Shown here: piece by piece, positions 22,680 through 30,723 of the stretch
How the letters are laid out: every line of letters starts with the position of its first letter
Numbering within the stretch: the stretch's first letter is position 1
Made by a program: the position numbers and the translations under genes
DNA from: a virus
Taxonomy: Duplodnaviria > Caudoviricetes
Strand: one strand, 5' to 3'
Length of the DNA: 30,723 bases
IMG/VR virus record: IMGVR_UViG_3300037692_000017
Coordinates: 1 to 30,723 of that record
The notes under the pieces: model-generated
Database searches by the model: none
What the model saw: the letters and a program-made list of their open reading frames with translations, nothing else
Told to the model about the DNA's origin: nothing

Positions 22680-25600
22680 TGCCATCTAATAGTGACGCGA
22701 GTATTACCCTAAAAGCCAGAACTGACGAATTTAACGCAAGGTTAAATAAAGCAGTTGGTACGTTTGAAACTTTAGCTAGTAAAGGAAAAGATGTCAGTAA
22801 ATCTTTAGATAGTTCCTTTAAAAACATTGCTGTTGTTGCTAAAGATTCTGCATTTCAAATTGAAAAATCATTTAATGCTTTAAGTATTAAGTCCGATTTA
22901 TCCCTTGATGTTCAAGCAAGAGCGTTAGAACAAAACGTTAAATTCTTTGAACGTCAATATCAAAAAATAGCGAAAGACGCTAATACATCTGCTGCTGAAT
23001 CGGTACGAGCTTTTCAAGCGATGAATAATAAAATTCGTCAGCTTAATGAGCAGCCTCTTAAAAGTTCTTTTTCCACTCTTGGCATTATACCCACAAGTAC
23101 CATTGAAGCTGACAAAGCAAAAGCTATTGCTGCGTTCAATGCAATAAAAGCGTCAGGTACAGCATCTGCTTCTGATGTCCGTAGAGCGTATCAAGCCATG
23201 AATGTAGAGCTTGCACGTCTAAAGAAACTCGGTTCGGTTAATCCGGTGGAGAAAACTACCAACGGAATTAATCTGATGAGTATTGCGTCAGCAGCAGCAA
23301 TTGTAAAGATTCAGATACTCTATTCGTTGGTTAATACTACCATGAGTTTAATTGGTAGTATTCCTGGAGTAGCGGTAGATGCCATTGAATCTTTCAATTC
23401 CGCTTCTATATCAAGCGCTGCTATCATTACATCAATGCAAAAAGGTGTTACTGATATCGGCAAAGCTTATCAAGACAATAAGAAATATGCCGTAGCTGTA
23501 CAAGAAGTATTAGTTAAAATGGATGCACAGACTGCTGCTTCCGGTAAGAACTTAACTGATATGAATCAGAAGTTTGTACAGCAGGGTGTTTTAATTGATA
23601 CAAATAATCAAAAACAAATTGATGGATATTTAAATATAGCTAACGCTCTTGCTGCATTAACCGCTAATGATGCTAACTCAAATCTGCAATATTCACAAGA
23701 GATTGCTTCTTTATTACGTGGTGAAGATCGAGCAAGTAACAAACTGTTTCAAACATTAAACGCACTGGATAATGGTCAACTTAAAGAGCATTTAAAACTA
23801 TGGAAAGAGACCGCTCAGGAAACAGGAAACTACGGATTAATCCTTGAAAAATTAGGACCACTGCTAGCCGGTTTTGGTGAGGCGCAGAAGGACATCAATC
23901 TATTGTGGGTAACTCAGAAATCTACCCTTGCAACAATTCGAGATGAAATATTGCGTGATGGTTTTGGACCTCAGTTTGAATTGATTGTTGAAAAGTTAAA
24001 AGAAATAAACGAATACGCCACAGAAAACAAAGACGCTATTGCTAACATGATTAAAGGCGGTTTTGAAAACGCTAATGAAGTAATAGATTTTGTTGGAAAG
24101 TATAAGAAAGAAATAGTCTTATTAACCGGAGTGTTAGTAGCGGCTAAGGCTGCTCAATTGCTGTTAAATATAGCCATAACTAAAAACCCATATGCTATAG
24201 CAATAGCGGCGTTGGTTGGTTTAAACGAATTAGCTGAGAAGTTTGAAATTGGTTTAAATTCGGCTAAACCTAACGAAACGGTATCGGCAATCGCAGCGTT
24301 GTTAGACGCAGCTAATGCTAAAGAAGTTGTAAAACAATTAAGCGAAAGGGAAAGAATAACCGCTAAAATAGCTGAACTTCAAGGTCAGTTAGCTGGTGAT
24401 AAAAAGTGGTATGAATTCTCGGTTTTTAAAGATCCTAATGAAGAAAAACGTAGAATCGATGAGATAAGTGCAAAGATAACAGAATTAAAGAACAAGCTGA
24501 TTGAGTTAAATTCGGCTAGTGTAAATAATTTAAACTTATTGGAGTTTCGTGATACTAAAAGATCCTCTGTTGGTTCTGAGGTTATAAAGGTTCCCAATAA
24601 CGTTAAGTTCGGTGGAGAAACGGACGATGAGGCTGCACAAAAGTTACGAGATAAGCAGTTAAAATTAGAAACTAAACTTAAAGAAAAACTTTTAGAATTA
24701 GAAAAATCTTTTAACGAACTTGCTTTAGCTGCCAACGCTAACGCTCGTAAGTTTGATTTAGAGCAAGCTAAAATCGCTAATGACGAAAAGATAATATCTT
24801 TATCAGCTTATATAGCAAAGAAACAAGCAATTGAAGTAGCCGCTGCCCAAGAAGAAATTAAAATAAATCAAGATGCTGTCAATGCTTTTAAGAAAGTTCT
24901 TGATGGTAAGTTCTCTGAAGGAACGCGAGGTGAAATAGAACGTACCGAAGCGCGAATAAAATTTAATAAAGCTACAAAAGATTTACAAGATAGCGAAGCA
25001 CAATTAGCTTTAATAACTACTAAAAATGCAGCAGAGCGTTCTAAATATAATCGAGAAGAAGAAGATTTTGTAAGAGACTATCAGCTTAAATATGCTGAGT
25101 TTGTTAATAACTTTGAAGAAGCAGAACGAATTAGACAATCTTCTCTGTCTTATACAACCGAACTTTGGAGATTAGAACAAGACGCAATTGAAGGTGTCGC
25201 TGGAGCACAAGAAGCTTTAGCTAAGTTTCAACAAACTGGTCAAGTGAATATCAAACTTGCTTCAAATAAAGATCAGTTTAAAAAGCAAGACTCTGCGTTT
25301 GATGCTCTTGGTTCAAGTGGTGATAATCAGTTCGATTCAATATCTTCTAAGTATGTTGATATGTATCGAAAGATTAAAGACAGTGAAGATAAGTTTGGTA
25401 AGGAATCCTTAGAAGCTCAAAACTTACGATGGGGTTCTCAAATTGATATGGTACGCGATAGTACCAGTATGATTACCGGATTGTTAATGAAAGGTAATCG
25501 TGAGCAATTTGAAGCAGGTAAAGCGTTAGCTGTCGCAATGGCTGTGATGAACGCTTCTTTATCCGTAAGTAAAGCATTAACACTTACTTACCCGATGAAC

Positions 25601-26038
25601 TTTGTAGTTGCCGGTTTGGTAGGCGCTGCTGCTGCAATAGAAGTTAGCACTATCATGAGTCAGCAATACGAAGGTCGTGCAAACGGTGGTCCTGTAATTG
25701 CTGGACAGACTTATATAGTTAACGAAAACAGACGTACTGAGGGACCGGAATACTTTACTCCTGGTGTTAATGGCTACATAACTCCCGCTAGAAATGTACG
25801 TGATGGTCAGGCTGATGATTATATACCAAATAGAGCAGTTGCTAATGGAAATGTTAATGTAATTGTTAACAATTATGGCGACTCTGATGCTTCGGTTAAT
25901 AAAAAAGATGACGGTAATGGTACAATAGATATAGAAGTTATAATTGACGCAATGAATGGTAGAAATTTAGTTAAAAAGGGAAGCGCTAGTAATAAGGCTA
26001 TTGAATCGTTGCGCGGTCCTCAACTTATAAGAAGATAA
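22679..26038 (+). CDS. Tail tape measure protein
   Basis: 1119 aa, Ala/Lys/Glu-rich and helical; C-terminal RANGGPV..G..YIVNE...GPEYF.P...G.I and VNVIVNNY motifs; expected position. Confidence 0.92.
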   Translation: MPSNSDASITLKARTDEFNARLNKAVGTFETLASKGKDVSKSLDSSFKNIAVVAKDSAFQIEKSFNALSIKSDLSLDVQARALEQNVKFFERQYQKIAKDANTSAAESVRAFQAMNNKIRQLNEQPLKSSFSTLGIIPTSTIEADKAKAIAAFNAIKASGTASASDVRRAYQAMNVELARLKKLGSVNPVEKTTNGINLMSIASAAAIVKIQILYSLVNTTMSLIGSIPGVAVDAIESFNSASISSAAIITSMQKGVTDIGKAYQDNKKYAVAVQEVLVKMDAQTAASGKNLTDMNQKFVQQGVLIDTNNQKQIDGYLNIANALAALTANDANSNLQYSQEIASLLRGEDRASNKLFQTLNALDNGQLKEHLKLWKETAQETGNYGLILEKLGPLLAGFGEAQKDINLLWVTQKSTLATIRDEILRDGFGPQFELIVEKLKEINEYATENKDAIANMIKGGFENANEVIDFVGKYKKEIVLLTGVLVAAKAAQLLLNIAITKNPYAIAIAALVGLNELAEKFEIGLNSAKPNETVSAIAALLDAANAKEVVKQLSERERITAKIAELQGQLAGDKKWYEFSVFKDPNEEKRRIDEISAKITELKNKLIELNSASVNNLNLLEFRDTKRSSVGSEVIKVPNNVKFGGETDDEAAQKLRDKQLKLETKLKEKLLELEKSFNELALAANANARKFDLEQAKIANDEKIISLSAYIAKKQAIEVAAAQEEIKINQDAVNAFKKVLDGKFSEGTRGEIERTEARIKFNKATKDLQDSEAQLALITTKNAAERSKYNREEEDFVRDYQLKYAEFVNNFEEAERIRQSSLSYTTELWRLEQDAIEGVAGAQEALAKFQQTGQVNIKLASNKDQFKKQDSAFDALGSSGDNQFDSISSKYVDMYRKIKDSEDKFGKESLEAQNLRWGSQIDMVRDSTSMITGLLMKGNREQFEAGKALAVAMAVMNASLSVSKALTLTYPMNFVVAGLVGAAAAIEVSTIMSQQYEGRANGGPVIAGQTYIVNENRRTEGPEYFTPGVNGYITPARNVRDGQADDYIPNRAVANGNVNVIVNNYGDSDASVNKKDDGNGTIDIEVIIDAMNGRNLVKKGSASNKAIESLRGPQLIRR

Positions 26039-26040
26039 TT

Positions 26041-26406
26041 ATGGCTGTACCTATTTGGCCTACATCGTTGCCTCAAGGAAGTTTGAGAGAAGGATTTGAA
26101 GAAGATTTCCCAAACAACCTACTTGTTTCAGAATCCGATGATGGTTTTAGCAAAACCCGAAATAAAGGGGCATTGGGTCCGATTCAGTTTACCAGCGCAT
26201 TGTATTTGACGAACGCGCAACGTATTACTTTTTTAAATTTTGTTAAATTTACTTTAAAAAACGGAGCACTTCGATATCAGCATAAACATCCTTTTGACGA
26301 TGATACTATAGAAGTAATGATCGTTCCTCAAGGCGAAAAATTGTTTACTTTATCGCCATATGGGTTAGGATGGAAAGTAATTTTAAAATTAAAAATAATG
26401 CCGTAA
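26041..26406 (+). CDS. Distal tail protein (gpM/Dit-like)
   Basis: WPTSLP...D.G..K.R...F...TLKNGALRY...HP; first gene after the tape measure. Confidence 0.75.
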   Translation: MAVPIWPTSLPQGSLREGFEEDFPNNLLVSESDDGFSKTRNKGALGPIQFTSALYLTNAQRITFLNFVKFTLKNGALRYQHKHPFDDDTIEVMIVPQGEKLFTLSPYGLGWKVILKLKIMP

Positions 26407-26418
26407 TTTGGGTTTAAA

Positions 26419-26931
26419 ATGATATTATCCTTAGACACTTTAAAAACAATTTATGCTCAAGAAACTGAAGATTATCCTATTATTTTATTGGAGATTTATC
26501 ATGCTGAATTAGGTCAAAGTTTATTATTTTCAACCGATCCTACTACAAGATTACCAACATATACTACTGATGAAAATATAGTTTACGGTACTGTTTCTAA
26601 TGGTAGAGAATATATTTATTGCCCAATGGAAATAAACTTACCTAGTGAAGATGAAACCGCTCCACCAGCTACTTCAATATCAGTTTCTAACGTTGGTAGA
26701 GAAATGGTTGCTGGAATACGTTCTTTACGAACATCTCCTAAAGTAGACATTACTTTAGTTTTAGCATCTGACGCTGACGATATAGAAGGTATAATAAGCG
26801 GATTTGTATTTAAGCAAATTGATATAAATAGATCAGTTATTACAGGAACTCTCGAACTCGATACGCTTGATAATGAAATGTTTTGTTATTTAACATTCAC
26901 CCCTAACACGACTCCTGGTTTATTTAAATAA
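26419..26931 (+). CDS. Minor tail protein (DUF1833 / gpL-like)
   Basis: AQET...ILLEIYH...SNGREY...P...LP...NVGRE...FTP..TPGLF. Confidence 0.8.
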   Translation: MILSLDTLKTIYAQETEDYPIILLEIYHAELGQSLLFSTDPTTRLPTYTTDENIVYGTVSNGREYIYCPMEINLPSEDETAPPATSISVSNVGREMVAGIRSLRTSPKVDITLVLASDADDIEGIISGFVFKQIDINRSVITGTLELDTLDNEMFCYLTFTPNTTPGLFK

Positions 26932-27338
26932 TGTCTTTAGATTTAACAAAATATAGAAGTATTCCTTATAAATCTAAAGGACGTGATTTTTCAGGCGTTG
27001 ATTGTTTAGGACTAGTTGCACTTGTTTATAAACATGAAAAAGAAATTTTAATACCCACATATTCAGCCAAATATGAAAACGCTAACGATGTCAATTTAAA
27101 AAGCGTTTTAAATCAAACTAACTTAATGGGATGGAAAAAGGTTAATAGCGCTAAGTTATTAACCGTTTGCTTATGGGAGTTGAGAAAACGGTTTCATGTG
27201 GGTATATGCGTAAGCGAGTATGGTAATAAAATGCTTCACATAACGGAACTTATGGAATTTGCAGTTATAGAAGATATTCCGTCTAAAATTTTTAATGAGC
27301 ATCGATTTAGGGGATTTTGGGAATATGAATCAATTTGA
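26931..27338 (+). CDS. NlpC/P60 tail-tip protein (gpK-like)
   Basis: IPY...GRD..GVDCLGLV..VY...HVGI...MLH (Cys-His-His). Confidence 0.88.
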   Translation: MSLDLTKYRSIPYKSKGRDFSGVDCLGLVALVYKHEKEILIPTYSAKYENANDVNLKSVLNQTNLMGWKKVNSAKLLTVCLWELRKRFHVGICVSEYGNKMLHITELMEFAVIEDIPSKIFNEHRFRGFWEYESI

Positions 27339-30300
27339 AAATTACGATCCAAATTCTCCTTTGATTATTGAGGAACCTAAAAATTGCATTGTTAGGGCAA
27401 AGTTGCATCCAATGCTTGCAGAAGTTTCACAAGATTCTGCAAGTTCCGGTGAAACTGTTGCTCAAATTATTGAACGATTATGCGCTAAAAATAATATAAA
27501 GCAATGGTATTGTCATAAAGTTTATGTTGAATTAAACGGAGTTCCTTTATTACCTGCATTGTATGAAAGAACTAAAGTTAAAAGTTCTGATATGGTGGTA
27601 ATTCAGTTTAACATACCTGAAGGAGGACAAGGTAAAAATCCGTTAAGAACTATTTTAATGGTAGTGATTACGGTAGTTGCTATCGTAGCTCAGCAATACT
27701 GGGCTTTAGGTGCGTGGGGTACACTCGGAGTTGCTGTGGTTGCTGGCGGGGCGATGATGGCTGTAAACGCACTATTGCCTATCAAGCCTTTGAGTGATAC
27801 TGGTTTAGGTCACGAAAGTTCCGAAAAAAGCAACATCTACAGCATAAGCGGTATGCGTAATCAAGCTACCCCTTATCAGCCTTTGCCCATACTCTTAGGT
27901 AAATTTCGTTATGCTCCACCCTGGGGCGCTCTCCCTTATACAAAAAACGAAGGTAATGATCAATATTTAGTTGTCGATTTGGTTTGGGGTGCGGGTCCGG
28001 TCGAATTTGATGATAAGTTAAAAATAGGTGAAACTTATTATGATCAATACTCTCATATAACATCTGCGACTAATTCAGGATACGCTACTGATACAGAATT
28101 GGGTTTATATCCTAATAAGGTTTTTCCAGAAGAGTTTAACGTTACTTTAGAATACAATACTCCTGTAGTTAGAACCACTCAATTAGAATGCAAACAAGCT
28201 ATTATTGAAATAGGATTTCAGTCTTTATTTAAGATAAATGCTAATGGAGATAGAGTAGCCGCTTCGGTTACTCATACGTTTTCATATCGTGAAACTGGAG
28301 AAAGTACCTGGATACCTCATACCGTTTTAAACACTAATGAAAAAGCGGCTTATATTTTACGTAAAACGGTTGTAATTAATTTCTTTTCTGTAGGACAGTA
28401 TGATATACAGATTGTAAGAGATACTCCCGAAACAGATGATCAAACGTACGATGAAGCTATTTTAACTGAAATAAAATCAGTTAATTTTAAAGATCCTGTT
28501 GCTTTTTCAATACCTGTAGCTGAAACTCAAATGGTTATTAAAGCTTCTGAGGAACTTTCGGGAGTTGTTGATAATGTAAACGGGGTGTTGTGGAGAATTT
28601 GTTTAGATTATGATTATACAACAGATACTTGGATATTGCGTAAAACTAACAGTCCTGCTTCTTTATATAGATACGTATATCAAGGTGCTGGATTAGCAAA
28701 ACCTTTAGTAGATAGTAAAATAGATCTTACTGCTTTAAAAGAATGGCATAATTTTTGTAGAATAAATGGTTTTACTTATAATAAACTATTTGATGCACAA
28801 ACGGGTGTAAGAAATGCAATAGATGAAATATGTTATGCAGGTCGGGCTTTTTTTGTTATGAAAGACGATTTGCATTCAGTAAAAATTGAGAAAAAAGATA
28901 CCTTAGGCCCGGTTCAAATATTTACACCTACGAATTCAAGAAATTTTGGTTTAAAGAAAACCTTTAATGATGAAATTCACGGTTATCGTATATCATTTAA
29001 TAACGAAGCTACTGATTATTTAGAAGACGAAGTAATAGTTTATACTCAAGGTTATAATCCAACAAACGCTTATTTGTTTGAAGCTGTTGAAATGCCTGGA
29101 GTAACTAATATAGATCAAGTAATTCATTTAGCTAAATATCATTTAGCAGTAAGGCGTTATAGATCTGAATTATATACCTGGGAAGCTATTGATTGGGAAC
29201 ATTTAGTATGCAGCAGAGGCGATGTGGTAGATATTGCCAATGAATGTATTCTGGTATCTTTAGCTTCCGGTAGGGTTAAAAGTGTTGATATAGTAAACAA
29301 AACTATTGTTCTTGATAGAGAAATCAGTGTACAGGAACAAACAGATTATGGTATTGAAGTAAGAACTGCTCCGGTAGGTACTCAATACCCACAAATATTT
29401 GCATTTGAAGTGTATGCTGGATTTCCAGAATGGACAACAGACACGTTTACTTGGACTGGTAATTTACCATATGCTATATCTAAAGGTGATATTTATAGTA
29501 TTGGTGAATTGGGAAAAGAAACTATTAGAGTTGTTGTAACTAGTAAAAAACCTACCAAAAATATAGGAGCTACTTTAACAGGAGTACAATATTCTTGGAA
29601 TGAAATAGAACTTTACATGGCTGGTGAATTTCCTGTTTTAAACACAGGTACGTCAACTCCGGTATTTGTTCCTAACGATTCGCCTCCAATTCCTGTAATA
29701 TATGCATTTGCTACTGGTACACAGTCTGCTATTTTAAATCCTGATGGTACAGTTACTAATAGAATAGTTTTAACAATAACTATTCCTAGTGGTTATAGAA
29801 TTAAAGTTGAAAGTGTTCAAACTCAAATATTAACCAATGATGGTTGGAAAGACTCTTTAACCACCGATCCTACTAAACCTATCGTATTTGAAAATGTAGG
29901 TGCGGGTGATCATCAAATTAGAATTAGGTCCGTTTCGCCAATAGGTCAAACTAGCGCTTGGCTTTACAAAACAATTACGCAAGTTGACGGTACTCCAAAG
30001 CCTAGTGGTTTAATTTCTTTATCCGTTGAGGGTAATTTATTTCAAAACGATTTAAGGTGGACCCTTCCTGCTGATTATAGAGATAATTATAGGATCGCTA
30101 TATACTGTAGTGCTGGTCTTAATGATAGAAGTAATACAGGACCACCTATAGCAATATTAAGCGGTGGAACTAAATGGAGTCATACTGGCTTAAGTCCTGA
30201 TGTAGAATATTATTATTGGGCTAGAATTTATATTGCAACGGTTGGTAGTAGGGAAACTACCTTAGACACTTCTCTTGGATGGGAAGACCCCGATGGTTCT

Positions 30301-30723
30301 TGGCAAGATGAAAGTGGACAATGGGACGGAGTACCTAATGTATCGATTGGTGGGTGGTCAGACGAGTTGGGATATTGGACCGATGAACATGGCAATTCGT
30401 ATGGTGGTATAGATCCTTACTCAGATCCTAAGTTTTCAGATTGGTATCCTTTAAATCGTTTTGGTGGCGTTAAAGCAAGCCCTATAAGCGACAATGCAAA
30501 AATCCTTGACATGCTTACCGAGTCGATTGGACGTGGACAACTTGTTAGTGAATTAAATACTGTTATAGATGGTGCTATAGAAGGTATTAATTATCAACAA
30601 CAGTTTCTCGAAAATGCTTGGACTGTAAAGATTCAGGAGATTGGTGGTAGACCCTATATGGTTGGTATAGGACTTGTCCTTTATCCTGATTGGAAAGAAG
30701 GTGAAGAATATGTTGTAGATCAA
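27325..30723 (+). CDS. Central tail tip / host-specificity protein (gpI-like N-terminus fused to gpJ-like), truncated by the window end
   Basis: Not in the ORF track because it has no stop. Manual translation from ATG 27325 (MNQFENYDP...) gives VELNG...EGGQGKNPLRTIL, YSISG.RNQATPY.PLP..LG, IKASEELSG, IDL..L.EW..FC and FN3-like YYYWARI...SDWYP. No stop was seen in this frame to 30723. Confidence 0.9.
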   Translation, partial: MNQFENYDPNSPLIIEEPKNCIVRAKLHPMLAEVSQDSASSGETVAQIIERLCAKNNIKQWYCHKVYVELNGVPLLPALYERTKVKSSDMVVIQFNIPEGGQGKNPLRTILMVVITVVAIVAQQYWALGAWGTLGVAVVAGGAMMAVNALLPIKPLSDTGLGHESSEKSNIYSISGMRNQATPYQPLPILLGKFRYAPPWGALPYTKNEGNDQYLVVDLVWGAGPVEFDDKLKIGETYYDQYSHITSATNSGYATDTELGLYPNKVFPEEFNVTLEYNTPVVRTTQLECKQAIIEIGFQSLFKINANGDRVAASVTHTFSYRETGESTWIPHTVLNTNEKAAYILRKTVVINFFSVGQYDIQIVRDTPETDDQTYDEAILTEIKSVNFKDPVAFSIPVAETQMVIKASEELSGVVDNVNGVLWRICLDYDYTTDTWILRKTNSPASLYRYVYQGAGLAKPLVDSKIDLTALKEWHNFCRINGFTYNKLFDAQTGVRNAIDEICYAGRAFFVMKDDLHSVKIEKKDTLGPVQIFTPTNSRNFGLKKTFNDEIHGYRISFNNEATDYLEDEVIVYTQGYNPTNAYLFEAVEMPGVTNIDQVIHLAKYHLAVRRYRSELYTWEAIDWEHLVCSRGDVVDIANECILVSLASGRVKSVDIVNKTIVLDREISVQEQTDYGIEVRTAPVGTQYPQIFAFEVYAGFPEWTTDTFTWTGNLPYAISKGDIYSIGELGKETIRVVVTSKKPTKNIGATLTGVQYSWNEIELYMAGEFPVLNTGTSTPVFVPNDSPPIPVIYAFATGTQSAILNPDGTVTNRIVLTITIPSGYRIKVESVQTQILTNDGWKDSLTTDPTKPIVFENVGAGDHQIRIRSVSPIGQTSAWLYKTITQVDGTPKPSGLISLSVEGNLFQNDLRWTLPADYRDNYRIAIYCSAGLNDRSNTGPPIAILSGGTKWSHTGLSPDVEYYYWARIYIATVGSRETTLDTSLGWEDPDGSWQDESGQWDGVPNVSIGGWSDELGYWTDEHGNSYGGIDPYSDPKFSDWYPLNRFGGVKASPISDNAKILDMLTESIGRGQLVSELNTVIDGAIEGINYQQQFLENAWTVKIQEIGGRPYMVGIGLVLYPDWKEGEEYVVDQ

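Noticed and set aside
22870-23225. Two ~45-50 aa repeats in the tape measure N-terminus (SAAESVRAFQAMN / SASDVRRAYQAMN)
   Set aside because: Internal helical repeats are ordinary for tape measure proteins.
871-28063. Minus-strand and alternate-frame ORFs in the track (e.g. 16404-16859, 16537-16875, 24385-24735, 10237-10584, 27866-28063, 3395-3628, 16149-16373)
   Set aside because: They overlap well-supported plus-strand genes, lack recognisable motifs, and look like shadow ORFs.
1-30723. Diversity-generating retroelement, integrase, endolysin or alternative genetic code
   Set aside because: No reverse transcriptase, TR/VR pair, recombinase or lysin motif was seen. Core genes are full length in the standard code.

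Overview
The window is one contiguous, almost entirely plus-strand segment of a tailed dsDNA phage or prophage with an HK97/lambda-like siphovirus layout. It opens with a structured AT-rich non-coding region (1-828), followed by HNH, VRR-NUC and small genes, then the packaging HNH, TerS and TerL. After a ~7 kb insertion come portal, prohead protease, HK97-fold major capsid, head-tail joining genes, tail tube, a G/GT chaperone pair with a lambda-type GGGAAAG -1 slippery site, tape measure and tail-tip genes. A gpI-gpJ-like central tail protein, missing from the ORF track, runs off the right end. The main departures from the standard layout are: (1) a cargo block between TerL and portal with its own promoter, encoding three signal-peptide-bearing proteins (SGNH/LamG-like/SwmB-like, beta-helix, FN3-like) and bounded by the 3' two-thirds of a tRNA-Gln(CUG) plus a terminator, which looks like an att site; (2) a bacterioferritin homologue coupled to the portal gene that has lost almost all ferroxidase ligands and the heme Met; (3) a frameshifted GIY-YIG/NUMOD3 endonuclease; (4) small domain insertions in TerL, the head-tail connector and gpJ. 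All family calls come from motif recognition by eye; no database search was run.
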